64,000 bases of DNA from a virus. Position numbers and translations under genes: made by a program. Where the stretch lies: positions 91,153 through 155,152 of the IMG/VR virus record IMGVR_UViG_3300020182_000010. One strand, 5' to 3'. Below the pieces are notes generated by a model, which had not been told where the DNA came from, did no database searches, and saw nothing but the letters and a program-made list of their open reading frames with translations. Every line of letters begins with the position of its first letter. Position 1 is the stretch's first letter. This document shows positions 8,391-17,618 of this stretch, in pieces.

Positions 8391-9312
8391 TTTTTTTCTC
8401 CTTTAATAATTTATTATAAAACAGTTCTTCATCTGGACAATTATTATGTTCAATTTGAATAGTTGTATGTACTATTTTATAATTATCGATTAATAGTTTC
8501 TTGGTATTATATATTGTATCATCACATTCGCCATCATCCAATATATTGATGTGCATAGCGGCTGAAATTTGTCCGCTTGCTAATTCCCATATATGTATAT
8601 GGTGAACATTACTAACATGATCGATATTTGTTATAATATCTTTTACTATAACATCAACATCAATATGTTCTGGTTTTCCAGTCATTAGTATTCTAATACA
8701 ATCTTTTAATAATTCCCAACCACTTTTTAATATCAAACTGGCCAGAACTACACTTATAATAGGATCAATATAATACCAATCAGTAAAATATATTACGATA
8801 CCACCTATAATGGCACCAACACTGCCTAAAATATCAAGTAAGATATGAAGTATCACTCCTCGCATATTAATATTATGACCATCATGGTGATGATGCACCA
8901 CTTTAAATAAAACCAAATTAACGATTAATCCAACAATAGCAATTGGTAACATCCAATATATATCAACATGCTCAGGATTTAGTATACGATAAATTGCTTC
9001 GTATATAATATATCCAAAAAGTCCAATCCACATCAGTGCATTTAAAAATGCTGCAATAACTTCCGCTCTCATAAATCCATATGAATATGTATCTGTTGGT
9101 GGTTTTCTGCCAATCCAAAATCCAAATACTGCAATAATCATTGCTAATGCATCAGTTGAAAGATGTAATGCATCACTCAATAACGCAAGTGAATTACTTA
9201 TATGTGCACCAAATAATTCGATAACAACAAATAATATTAAAATAAAAATGCTTATTTTTAATGCACGTTCTTCTTTGCCGGCTTTTCTGATATGATATTG
9301 ATTATGCTTCAT
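8383..9312 (-). CDS. Cation diffusion facilitator (CzcD/ZitB-like Zn/Co/Cd exporter)
   Basis: SLALLSDALHLSTD, YGFMRAE, His-rich loop, HILLD, HHIHIW, HTTIQIE. Confidence 0.92.
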   Translation of the reverse strand: MKHNQYHIRKAGKEERALKISIFILILFVVIELFGAHISNSLALLSDALHLSTDALAMIIAVFGFWIGRKPPTDTYSYGFMRAEVIAAFLNALMWIGLFGYIIYEAIYRILNPEHVDIYWMLPIAIVGLIVNLVLFKVVHHHHDGHNINMRGVILHILLDILGSVGAIIGGIVIYFTDWYYIDPIISVVLASLILKSGWELLKDCIRILMTGKPEHIDVDVIVKDIITNIDHVSNVHHIHIWELASGQISAAMHINILDDGECDDTIYNTKKLLIDNYKIVHTTIQIEHNNCPDEELFYNKLLKEKKND

Positions 9313-10226
9313 AAATTTTTCATCTTTGTATTATACAATTCTCTAATACCGTTTTCTATACTAATAGTTGGATTCCAACCAATAAGTTTTGTTGCTTTGG
9401 ATATGTCAGCAAGTGTTTCAGTTGCGTAACCTTTGGGTTTATCTTGATTCTCTACTTCTAAATTAGGAAAAAACTCACGTAAAACATTAACAACTTGATT
9501 TACAGAAAAATTTTCACCAGTTCCAACATTAAAAATCTCACTCTTTACTTTAGATTCCATACTTGCAATACATGCATGTGCAACATCACTAACATGAATA
9601 TAATCTCTTCTATATTCACCATCACCGTGAACTGTTAATGGTGTATTTTCATTAGCCATACGATAAAATCTACTGATCATCAATCCATTATTATCGTCTG
9701 ATGGTTGTTCATCACCATATATGGTAAAAAAACGTAATACATTATAATTTAGTCCAAAGACGTTTTTATATTGTTTACATAATTGTTCGCCAAATAATTT
9801 AGTCATTGCATAATAATTTAATGGATCCGGTTTATGAAATGGTTTATGTGGTATAGGATTATTCCCATATATACTTGATGAACTAGCATAAACAAATTTA
9901 CGAATACCTACAGCATGTGCGGCAGTTAATACGTTACGTGTACCAGTAACATTAATGTCAAAGTAAGTATCAGGATCAATAAAACTATCCGGTATTCGGG
10001 TCTTTGCTGCTAGATGTATAACATAATCTTTTCCGGCAGTTGCCATTACACACTTAGCTGCATTTTGTATATCACCTTTAATATACTTTACCATTTTAAA
10101 ATCAGTAGGCTTTTCTACAATATCTAAAACAGTTACTTCGTAACCTTTTCTTAGTAATTGTCTGACAACTTCTCTGCCTACGAAACCAGCGCCGCCAGTG
10201 ACAAGAACTTTACCTTTTGCTAACAT
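9309..10226 (-). CDS. NAD-dependent nucleotide-sugar epimerase/dehydratase
   Basis: TGGAGFVG, HLAA, SSSSIYG, YAMTK (YxxxK), RDYIHVSD. Confidence 0.92.
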   Translation of the reverse strand: MLAKGKVLVTGGAGFVGREVVRQLLRKGYEVTVLDIVEKPTDFKMVKYIKGDIQNAAKCVMATAGKDYVIHLAAKTRIPDSFIDPDTYFDINVTGTRNVLTAAHAVGIRKFVYASSSSIYGNNPIPHKPFHKPDPLNYYAMTKLFGEQLCKQYKNVFGLNYNVLRFFTIYGDEQPSDDNNGLMISRFYRMANENTPLTVHGDGEYRRDYIHVSDVAHACIASMESKVKSEIFNVGTGENFSVNQVVNVLREFFPNLEVENQDKPKGYATETLADISKATKLIGWNPTISIENGIRELYNTKMKNL

Positions 10227-10343
10227 ATGAATTCTTTCTAAGTTTCTTTATTCAACATATTTAGTCTATTAATATTTTTACTATTATAACAGAATAATAT
10301 ACAAATAGCAAGTATTATTTTTTAATTGACAAATTGGCACTGT

Positions 10344-10356
10344 TGCATTGGATGCA
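10344..10356. promoter_or_regulatory. Candidate LysR-type binding site TGC-N7-GCA (T-N11-A)
   Basis: TGCATTGGATGCA dyad about 65 nt upstream of the likely start of the + strand DUF1127 operon. Confidence 0.45.
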
Positions 10357-10511
10357 TACCGAGTCTTCTCAAAATGCAGTTGTTTTTGTTGTTTTTTAGT
10401 GCTATATTATAATAAATAATAGTAGAGAAACATAGTATTGTTTCACTATATGGCACTGGGAAAGACTAGGGTATTGCTTCCCTCAAGCATCAGACAATTT
10501 GGAGAAACTAT

Positions 10512-10700
10512 ATGACACTAAATGTATTTAGTGCCTTGACAAATCTTTTTGGCGGATTTGCTAGTAAGGCAACAAAACGCTCAGACTTGATGACTTGGGC
10601 AAAAACAGAATATGCACGTGATTGGCAATTTGCTTATAATTACATGCTAGACAATGATGGGAAGGCGCCATCACACAGACACATACAAGGAATAAAGTAA
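10512..10700 (+). CDS. Hypothetical small protein
   Basis: GGAGA RBS; TAATG-coupled to the next gene. Confidence 0.7.
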   Translation: MTLNVFSALTNLFGGFASKATKRSDLMTWAKTEYARDWQFAYNYMLDNDGKAPSHRHIQGIK

Positions 10701-10936
10701 TGATTAACAAATTAATCGCAACACTCACAAACATTCGTAATACAATGGATTATAACAAAAAAGTACGTCAAACAATTAGAGAATTATCCGCACTATCAAA
10801 CTATGAACTAAATGATATCGGTATTTCACGTAGCGAAATTTATCATATTGCGCATACATCATATAAAAAGTCAGCAAAGGTCAAAGCCGATGATGTACAT
10901 GTTAGTACAAATGAAAATTTGAGAGGATTTGTATAA
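10700..10936 (+). CDS. DUF1127 (YjiS-like) small protein
   Basis: RQTIRELSALSNYELNDIGISRSEI signature. Confidence 0.85.
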   Translation: MINKLIATLTNIRNTMDYNKKVRQTIRELSALSNYELNDIGISRSEIYHIAHTSYKKSAKVKADDVHVSTNENLRGFV

Positions 10937-11109
10937 TGACAACATTAGTAATGGAATATACAATTAATCCGTTTTGGACTGCACTCCGCACATTTGGACG
11001 CGGAACGTGGGCATTAATGGAATCGATAGGTAGAGCAAGAGCCGCCGCTGAATTGCATCGCCTAGGTTATACAAAAGAAGCAAAACGCTTGATGTTGGAG
11101 ATCAGATAA
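10936..11109 (+). CDS. Small hypothetical protein (57 aa, not in track)
   Basis: MTTLVMEYTINPFWTALRTFGRGTWALMESIGRARAAAELHRLGYTKEAKRLMLEIR; TAATG coupling on both sides. Confidence 0.75.
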   Translation: MTTLVMEYTINPFWTALRTFGRGTWALMESIGRARAAAELHRLGYTKEAKRLMLEIR

Positions 11110-11243
11110 TGTGGAATAGATTTATTAAAGCAATGGAATACCGCTCATACTGTATGGCAATTAGAGAACTACGCAACAAAGGCTTATACAGAGAAGCACA
11201 ACGTGTTAGTGAATACAAGCACAATATGTATCCGACTAATTAG
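11109..11243 (+). CDS. Small hypothetical protein (44 aa, not in track)
   Basis: MWNRFIKAMEYRSYCMAIRELRNKGLYREAQRVSEYKHNMYPTN; TAATG coupling. Confidence 0.7.
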   Translation: MWNRFIKAMEYRSYCMAIRELRNKGLYREAQRVSEYKHNMYPTN

Positions 11244-11258
11244 TAGTATGACAAAAAA

Positions 11259-11510
11259 TTAATTAGGACCAGCAATAAATTGTAGTTTGCGCATAATGCA
11301 TTCTACATCTGCTGGTTCAAGATAAGGTATAACATCATCATCTATATGTATACCAGGCAGTTGAACAAAATTATTATCCTTGAACACCGCGATTTCATAA
11401 AAATCTTTATCTGGTTCTCGGATCACACTCAAATCATATTTACCAAAAGATTGTTTGGCTTGAAAGTGCCGTGGATGTATCTCACTAAATTTCAAATCAT
11501 AAAAATTCAT
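11259..11510 (-). CDS. Hypothetical protein
   Basis: ORF track; operonic. Confidence 0.65.
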   Translation of the reverse strand: MNFYDLKFSEIHPRHFQAKQSFGKYDLSVIREPDKDFYEIAVFKDNNFVQLPGIHIDDDVIPYLEPADVECIMRKLQFIAGPN

Positions 11511-11718
11511 CTAACGTATCCTCAAATTTTTCTTCGATTGATTTAATGTGTTTGCATTTTTTAAACGCTGGACAATCACAAGTAAATCCGTTGGGTTTCA
11601 TTTCGATATTATATATGCCGCCCTTGCTACCAGTTGCAGTCCATGTAGTTCCGAGTGCCCAATGATTTTTAGTATTAATCAGGTCACTGGGAAATATACG
11701 TGGCCCATACTTTGCCAT
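11497..11718 (-). CDS. SWIM zinc-finger protein
   Basis: FTCDCPAFKKCKHI (CxC...CxH). Confidence 0.75.
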   Translation of the reverse strand: MAKYGPRIFPSDLINTKNHWALGTTWTATGSKGGIYNIEMKPNGFTCDCPAFKKCKHIKSIEEKFEDTLDEFL

Positions 11719-12059
11719 TATACAGATTCAAATCCAAAGTTTGCTACAACTGAACGATTACCATCAGCATCTTCAATAATATTTCCAACTGAAATACTAG
11801 ACATTTTTCCAAACCGCTCAATCCGATCTTCTGGTCCAATATTTCCTACTTCAAAAACATGATCCAGGCTATCAGCAATAATGTTTGCAACATGGGTATA
11901 ACATTCATCGAATTTCATAGCAGCCGCTTTAAAATTTCCAAATGTTGCATCTGCATACGCAGTTGCTTTTTCATGGCAATTCCAGCCCTCTTTATTAACC
12001 AGTTCTACTAGTTTTTCATCTAATTGAATTTGATAAACTTTAAAAACTTGTACTGACAT
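11718..12059 (-). CDS. Hypothetical early protein
   Basis: RBS plus own sigma70-like promoter. Confidence 0.7.
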   Translation of the reverse strand: MSVQVFKVYQIQLDEKLVELVNKEGWNCHEKATAYADATFGNFKAAAMKFDECYTHVANIIADSLDHVFEVGNIGPEDRIERFGKMSSISVGNIIEDADGNRSVVANFGFESV

Positions 12060-12090
12060 ATGAGATTTCCTTGTTGCTATCTATACACTC

Positions 12091-12120
12091 TTTATATAGT
12101 GATTCGTTCCGTTTGTCAAG
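12091..12120 (-). promoter_or_regulatory. sigma70 promoter with GANTC in spacer
   Basis: TTGACA aacggaacGAATCacta TATAAA. Confidence 0.8.
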
Positions 12121-12122
12121 TT

Positions 12123-12497
12123 TTATTGCATGTGTGAACTAACAAAATCTGGACCAAAAAATTCTGCACACATCACTTCTTCTGACGGGCGAGTTTTAGC
12201 ATAGCGCAAGTGAATTTTAATAAAGTCTTCGGATGACGTTTCTGCGAAATCTTTTTTCACACCTCGTCTGAACATCGCTTGCATAGCAGAGTTGAGCATT
12301 TCTTTTTGTTCTGCTGTGCATTCTTCTTTTATTGAAAGTGCATATGCGGCACAGCACAATTCTACGATATTTTTTACTTTGTTGATAGGACACATATAGA
12401 AATGACGCAAACCTGATTCTCGACTCTGACTTGCTTTGAAGATTGAGTTAACACGAATTTCTAGTTCACGCTCAGTCATATCATATACATTATACAT
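12123..12497 (-). CDS. Hypothetical early protein
   Basis: GAGAGGA RBS; own promoter. Confidence 0.7.
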   Translation of the reverse strand: MYNVYDMTERELEIRVNSIFKASQSRESGLRHFYMCPINKVKNIVELCCAAYALSIKEECTAEQKEMLNSAMQAMFRRGVKKDFAETSSEDFIKIHLRYAKTRPSEEVMCAEFFGPDFVSSHMQ

Positions 12498-12526
12498 AAC
12501 AGTATCCTCTCTCTGATTACTTAATT

Positions 12527-12556
12527 AATATAGAGCGATTCGTTAGTATTGTCAAG
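12527..12556 (-). promoter_or_regulatory. sigma70 promoter with GANTC in spacer
   Basis: TTGACA atactaacGAATCgctc TATATT. Confidence 0.8.
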
Positions 12557-12560
12557 TCTT

Positions 12561-13013
12561 TTATGCTGATTTCTTTTCGTAAACTGCTTCGCCATTAGAG
12601 AACACACCAATTTGTTCCATTTCTCCAAAGTTTGCGTGAAACTTTTTGGCAATCTTGCTGACCCATGCTTCTGCTAGTGGATTAACATCATCACCATAGT
12701 AACCTTTTTTAGCAACAATCCAGACAGCCGCACACCCACAGTATTCACTAACACCAAAATAAGCAAGTTGATTTTCAGCAATTGCTAATTCCTCACGGTC
12801 AACCCACTCTTCGCACTCTGACATAGATGGGAAAAGTTCTTTTACTTTCTCGACCATCCATTCTTTAAAGTGATCCCAATCATCACCGACGAGATATTCA
12901 TCGAAATTATCAAAATCAACACAATTGTTTTCTTCATCCCATCCGTAACCGTGCTCTGATACATCGTAGTACGCAACGATTGCGTCACGTGGTGTAGAAA
13001 CTGAACGACCCAT
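12561..13013 (-). CDS. Hypothetical early protein
   Basis: GAGGA RBS; own promoter. Confidence 0.75.
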   Translation of the reverse strand: MGRSVSTPRDAIVAYYDVSEHGYGWDEENNCVDFDNFDEYLVGDDWDHFKEWMVEKVKELFPSMSECEEWVDREELAIAENQLAYFGVSEYCGCAAVWIVAKKGYYGDDVNPLAEAWVSKIAKKFHANFGEMEQIGVFSNGEAVYEKKSA

Positions 13014-13032
13014 AGTTATTTCCTCTTCTCAG

Positions 13033-13075
13033 TGATTACTTAATTAATGTAAAATGATTCGTTAGATTTGTCAAG
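13033..13075 (-). repeat. 43-bp direct repeat copy 1, containing a GANTC sigma70 promoter
   Basis: Identical to 13246-13288; TTGACA aatctaacGAATCattt TACATT. Confidence 0.85.
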
Positions 13076-13229
13076 CTATCTTTTTTAATTTTTCTAAGAC
13101 TTCCCACATTTCTACCAATACAGGATGAGTTTTTCCTTCGAGACCTGGCATGTTATCGTAAACCAAGTCATGTACTTCGCCCAACTTTTCTTCGACCACT
13201 TCCATTATTTCTTCTTTAGTAAGAGTCAT
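13071..13229 (-). CDS. Small hypothetical protein (52 aa, not in track)
   Basis: MTLTKEEIMEVVEEKLGEVHDLVY...KKIA; its TGA overlaps the next -35 box. Confidence 0.65.
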   Translation of the reverse strand: MTLTKEEIMEVVEEKLGEVHDLVYDNMPGLEGKTHPVLVEMWEVLEKLKKIA

Positions 13230-13245
13230 AACATCCCTTTCTCTC

Positions 13246-13288
13246 TGATTACTTAATTAATGTAAAATGATTCGTTAGATTTGTCAAG
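13246..13288 (-). repeat. 43-bp direct repeat copy 2, containing a GANTC sigma70 promoter
   Basis: Identical to 13033-13075. Confidence 0.85.
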
Positions 13289-13310
13289 TATTATTTAACA
13301 CTTTTAGAGA

Positions 13311-13499
13311 TTAAAACTCGTCAATTAAAACACAATCTTCCTCTTCATCTTCACTCAAGTAAATAGAATCAAAAAGGGATTTAGGAACAACACCCAACCC
13401 AACCTTAGAACGTGTTTGACAATAGTGTTCATAATCTACACACTCTTTGATTTCGGGCAGAAAAGATAATGGATGGGATGTGATAATTTCTTGTGTCAT
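13311..13499 (-). CDS. Hypothetical early protein
   Basis: ORF track; preceded by TTGACA-17-TATAAA (13531-13560). Confidence 0.65.
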   Translation of the reverse strand: MTQEIITSHPLSFLPEIKECVDYEHYCQTRSKVGLGVVPKSLFDSIYLSEDEEEDCVLIDEF

Positions 13500-13561
13500 G
13501 TGATTCTCTTTCTTGTTAACTTATACATACTTTATAGCAGATGTATATTATGTTGTCAAGT

Positions 13562-13586
13562 AAAAAGGGCACCGAAGCGCCCTTTT
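13562..13586 (-). terminator. Intrinsic terminator fused to the downstream -35 box
   Basis: AAAAGGGCGC-TTCG-GTGCCCTTTTT then ACTTGACA on the minus strand. Confidence 0.75.
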
Positions 13587-13602
13587 ATTTTCCTCATTTG
13601 TA

Positions 13603-13857
13603 CTAATTAGCAAAAAGTGGTTGCATTGTTTCGAAAACTTTATTGTAAGCATTTACTTCTGCTTCATAGTATTCATAAAAATCGGAATCATCAGCGAAGT
13701 GTGCGTGGTCACAATTATAACTAGCACAATGTTCATCCCAAACACGGTTCATTGCTTCCATACCTTCAAGCAAATCACCACGACCATAAGAAGTCATTAC
13801 TGTTTTCGCATCTTCAAAGGTAGTATTGAACTGGTAAAAACTAGGAATTCTAAACAT
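13603..13857 (-). CDS. Hypothetical early protein
   Basis: GGAGA RBS; own promoter. Confidence 0.7.
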   Translation of the reverse strand: MFRIPSFYQFNTTFEDAKTVMTSYGRGDLLEGMEAMNRVWDEHCASYNCDHAHFADDSDFYEYYEAEVNAYNKVFETMQPLFAN

Positions 13858-13890
13858 ATCGTGTTCTCCGTTTTTCTAACTTATACATTC

Positions 13891-13920
13891 TTTATATACT
13901 GATTCGTTTAGAATGTCAAG
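13891..13920 (-). promoter_or_regulatory. sigma70 promoter with GANTC in spacer
   Basis: TTGACA ttctaaacGAATCagta TATAAA. Confidence 0.8.
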
Positions 13921-13926
13921 TAAAAA

Positions 13927-14751
13927 CTAAGAAAACATATTATTTAAATTGCCGTCGAATATAAAATGACCTGTGTGGTCTAATTTAACTAATGGGTCAA
14001 GTAATATTTCACCGCCAATATTTTGCCAACGACGGCAAAATGCATAATCTTCTGATAGATATCGTTTAGTATCAGGTTCCAAGTAAGTGTCAAAGAATAG
14101 ATAAGTCCATTTAGCAAACTCTGGATCTAAATTTAAATCATTGTTAAAGTAAAGATCCGGATATTCTTTGACCATTTTCATAATAACTTCACGCTTGATT
14201 AACATGAAACCGGTTGCAGCATCTTTAAGTAATGCTAATCCATCAGTCATTTGCATTCTTGGCGTATCTTCATCTAAATTATACTTGAAGTTAAGAGCAT
14301 AATTTGATCCCACTGAATTTAATATGTCACTATCTATTGATGAATTGTTTTTAACTGCATTTTGTATTTTATTCCAATCCAATTCTTTCTTTGGATATGC
14401 ACCAACGACAATATCTTTGTCATGCTGTAGCATATGTAAAATATCCAGTGCATCAAAATTTATATCTGCATCTATAAACATCATATGTGTTGCTGCAGGA
14501 TTAGACATAAAGTATGCTACCATATGACATCTTGCACGTGATATCAATGATTCATTTGCACTTGTGGTAAGAGAATAGGGGATTCCATACTTAGTGAACA
14601 TCATATGTGCACGTGACCAAGACCGAAAAAAAGGTTCAGTTACCTGTCCACCATAACATGGAGTACAGTAATGCACATGTGTTTTTTTAATGAAGTCTAA
14701 ATCAATTTCTTTTCTAAATTGCTGGCAGTGCTCTAATGCGCTATTATTCAA
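13927..14751 (-). CDS. Glycosyltransferase (GT-A/GT2-like, phage type)
   Basis: TPCYGG, ESLISRAR, FIDAD (DxD), TGFMLIKR, SEDYAFC. Confidence 0.75.
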   Translation of the reverse strand: MNNSALEHCQQFRKEIDLDFIKKTHVHYCTPCYGGQVTEPFFRSWSRAHMMFTKYGIPYSLTTSANESLISRARCHMVAYFMSNPAATHMMFIDADINFDALDILHMLQHDKDIVVGAYPKKELDWNKIQNAVKNNSSIDSDILNSVGSNYALNFKYNLDEDTPRMQMTDGLALLKDAATGFMLIKREVIMKMVKEYPDLYFNNDLNLDPEFAKWTYLFFDTYLEPDTKRYLSEDYAFCRRWQNIGGEILLDPLVKLDHTGHFIFDGNLNNMFS

Positions 14752-14786
14752 TTTTTATCCACTTCATTAATTTATAGTATTACTAC

Positions 14787-14815
14787 ATTATATACGATTC
14801 TACAGTAGATGTCAA
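14787..14815 (-). promoter_or_regulatory. sigma70 promoter with GANTC in spacer
   Basis: TTGACA tctactgtaGAATCgta TATAAT. Confidence 0.7.
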
Positions 14816-15492
14816 CGTTTTTGATCTTGTATCCATGCCTTTGCTTGTCTACTGTCAGGAGAACTATTTAAAAATTTCTGTACATTTTTATATACGGTAT
14901 TAAAGTTCTCTTGGCGTTCTTTATTTTCCTGGCCCATTGTATTATCTACAACATGAAAGTCAGCAGCGCCAAAAACTTGCTGAAATTGCATCAGATTATT
15001 CTGAACTCTATGCCACATTTTTATTACTACCTCGTCTGGTAATCTTCTAGCTCTATTTTTGTTTAACCTCGTTGCTTGTTCAAGGCTAGTGTTTACCATA
15101 ATCATCATTGTGTTGTAACCCAATGACTTTAATGCTTCACTATCTTTTTTAACTTTGCTCACATCTTTGCCTGTGCCATCAATTAGTACACCCAGTCTAC
15201 CATCTAAAAAGTGTCCACGTCTTTTTTGTGTAAGGTCTTTTGCTTTTTTGCGTACTTCTTGTCCTTGTGTTGAAAACACTTGCTCTGGATCACTTAGGTC
15301 AATATCTTGTTTCTGTGCTAAGTACTCATAAATTTCATCACTATTGATAGTTTTGAGGCCAGTGCCGCCCAACATCTTTCCAGCCACATATGACTTTCCA
15401 GATCCAGGACCACCAGCCATAAAAACTGCTTTGAAAATATGGGGATCATTCACGCCCTCTTCCATAGATTGTATGATTTCATTAACCCGCAT
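14812..15492 (-). CDS. P-loop kinase (AAA_33/zeta-toxin/PNK-like)
   Basis: GGPGSGKS, INSD, LIDGTG, NRARR lid; late GATAAATA box at 15522-15529. Confidence 0.8.
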   Translation of the reverse strand: MRVNEIIQSMEEGVNDPHIFKAVFMAGGPGSGKSYVAGKMLGGTGLKTINSDEIYEYLAQKQDIDLSDPEQVFSTQGQEVRKKAKDLTQKRRGHFLDGRLGVLIDGTGKDVSKVKKDSEALKSLGYNTMMIMVNTSLEQATRLNKNRARRLPDEVVIKMWHRVQNNLMQFQQVFGAADFHVVDNTMGQENKERQENFNTVYKNVQKFLNSSPDSRQAKAWIQDQKR

Positions 15493-15527
15493 TTGTACTT
15501 ACTCCATTAATTCATTATATATATTTA

Positions 15528-17618
15528 TCATGAACCTAAAACTGTTTGTGATTTTATTGATTCCCAAGATGTGATACTATTTGCTATTTTAGGAGAAATA
15601 TTATTAATAATTCTAGTATGTCGTGGTTTTATACTGTTCATATAAAGTATACGCTTTTCTTCTTCCTTAACTGAGTCATAATCTGCGCCAGGAGATTCAT
15701 ATGATAATTCTTTTCGTATGCTATATAAATCACGTAAAATTTTCTTGTAGCTAGAAAGTTCTTCGACTATTATAATTGCTTGTTGTTTTTGTCCTGATTG
15801 GAATATACTAGTATTACTTCCTGTATATTGCCTAATATCATTAATTGTATTTCTAATTAATGTTTGTTGTGCAGTTACATTAGGACCTATTTCAGACCGC
15901 CACATTGTTTTAAATACACTAGCAAGTACAGACATTAATGGTAATCCATTACTGTTGTTATCAGTGATTACATTATTGCCAGAAGTATTAATAATATCTG
16001 CTTCTGATGTAGATAATGCAACTTGTGGATTAGATGAATCACTACGGGTATTAAATGATTGGTCTGAATTACTGCCACCAAATGTGATGCCATCTATATC
16101 TTTAATACTAGGAGGTAAATCTAAATCAGGAATGGGTAATTGGGATGTTGCACGTTTAGAAATAGATGAAATGACAGATGAAGTAGCTGATATTGAATTA
16201 CTACCTGTCAGAGGTTTTTTAATAACTCTTGATGATCCATCAGATGATGTAATGGTCTCAAATTTTGAATCTAGACCAATCTTATCAGCATATAGATCAA
16301 ATAAGTATGAGTCTACAGGTTGGTAGATACTTGCTGCTAGACTAAATGGAGATTGTGGGACACCAGGTTGTGAAGCCGCTTCAGAATTTACACTACTAAT
16401 TATAGAATCAACATCCCCAGCAAACACACGCGGATCAAGACTGGTAGGAATATTAAAACCTGCATTTCCTGTCGGCAAGGGTGCATTTAATAGTCCTGCT
16501 GCATCTTTCAATGCAGATGATCCTGTATTCATTAATACTGCTAATTTACATGGATCTAGCATTGCAGCAGCCATTGTCATTGCTTTTAGTTTGTCTGCTA
16601 TTTGTGCTGTCATATTTGCAAGGCTTGATATTTCTCCAAATATTTGATTTGCCACACTTGAAACTGCATTCATTGCACTTGATGCCATATTACCCAAATC
16701 ACCCAATATGCTTTTAATATTTGGTAACGATCCTAATGCATTCGTCAATGCACTATTAACTACTCCTGATATATCAGATATCAATGAATTAATATTACTG
16801 GATATTGGTCCAACTATTCCAGAAATTATATTTGAAATATTATTTGAAATACCATTGAAAAAATCCATAATACCAGACTGTCCTAATATATTCATAATAG
16901 ATGTTTTTGCACTATCTAAAAGATCAAACGCACTATCAAAACCGCCTGACATTACTCCCATCAATTCATTAAATAAGCTACAACTACTATCTTGCTCTCC
17001 AAAACTTCTATTAAGACCTGACAACGTATCTGCATCTTGCAATGTTTGTGGCAAATCTGTAATTTGTTGGTTAGTATGAATATTTAAATTATTATACATT
17101 TCAATAGCGGCAGTTCCCAACACGGCACCAATTAATATTTTATCAAAATCTATTCCAGTTTGAGATAAAACACCGGCAATTATCGTACTTTTAGTAAGAA
17201 CACTGCCACCATTACTTTCATTAGACAACATGTTAAAAGAGTCATTTGCACTATTTAATGATACAACCCCTGGACTTGAAACATATTCAGTATAATTTGT
17301 ATTACCATTTGTAGAAACTGCACTATACGGATTGGTAAAATTGTTATCTGCTAATTCACTTGATATAATAGATAATGCTTGCTTTCTATTATATTGTTCT
17401 TCTGCTGCATTTAATTCTGCTAAACGTGCAGGAGACAATCCAATATTATTTTTTTCATCATAAAATTGCACAGGAGTGTTAACAGTTTCTCCTAAAGAAT
17501 CAAATATAATACTATCTGAATTAGGTGTATTTGATCCGGTTAGACTGCCGCCGCCTTTTCTTATAAATTCTTGATATCGTCTTTCAAATTCTGCTTCGCT
17601 CATTGACATCTTATTCAC
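15528..17618 (-). CDS. Large Ser/Asn-rich protein, probably baseplate/tail-associated
   Basis: Coupled to the PAAR gene; helical low-complexity sequence. Confidence 0.5.
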   Translation of the reverse strand: MNKMSMSEAEFERRYQEFIRKGGGSLTGSNTPNSDSIIFDSLGETVNTPVQFYDEKNNIGLSPARLAELNAAEEQYNRKQALSIISSELADNNFTNPYSAVSTNGNTNYTEYVSSPGVVSLNSANDSFNMLSNESNGGSVLTKSTIIAGVLSQTGIDFDKILIGAVLGTAAIEMYNNLNIHTNQQITDLPQTLQDADTLSGLNRSFGEQDSSCSLFNELMGVMSGGFDSAFDLLDSAKTSIMNILGQSGIMDFFNGISNNISNIISGIVGPISSNINSLISDISGVVNSALTNALGSLPNIKSILGDLGNMASSAMNAVSSVANQIFGEISSLANMTAQIADKLKAMTMAAAMLDPCKLAVLMNTGSSALKDAAGLLNAPLPTGNAGFNIPTSLDPRVFAGDVDSIISSVNSEAASQPGVPQSPFSLAASIYQPVDSYLFDLYADKIGLDSKFETITSSDGSSRVIKKPLTGSNSISATSSVISSISKRATSQLPIPDLDLPPSIKDIDGITFGGSNSDQSFNTRSDSSNPQVALSTSEADIINTSGNNVITDNNSNGLPLMSVLASVFKTMWRSEIGPNVTAQQTLIRNTINDIRQYTGSNTSIFQSGQKQQAIIIVEELSSYKKILRDLYSIRKELSYESPGADYDSVKEEEKRILYMNSIKPRHTRIINNISPKIANSITSWESIKSQTVLGS

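Noticed and set aside
10451-10490. Cobalamin riboswitch (GCACTG/GGGAA words)
   Set aside because: The region is too short, lacks the rest of the B12 element, and is not upstream of the corrinoid gene.
12091-13920. CRISPR-like array of short repeats
   Set aside because: The repeats are promoters separated by whole genes, with irregular spacing of hundreds of bp.
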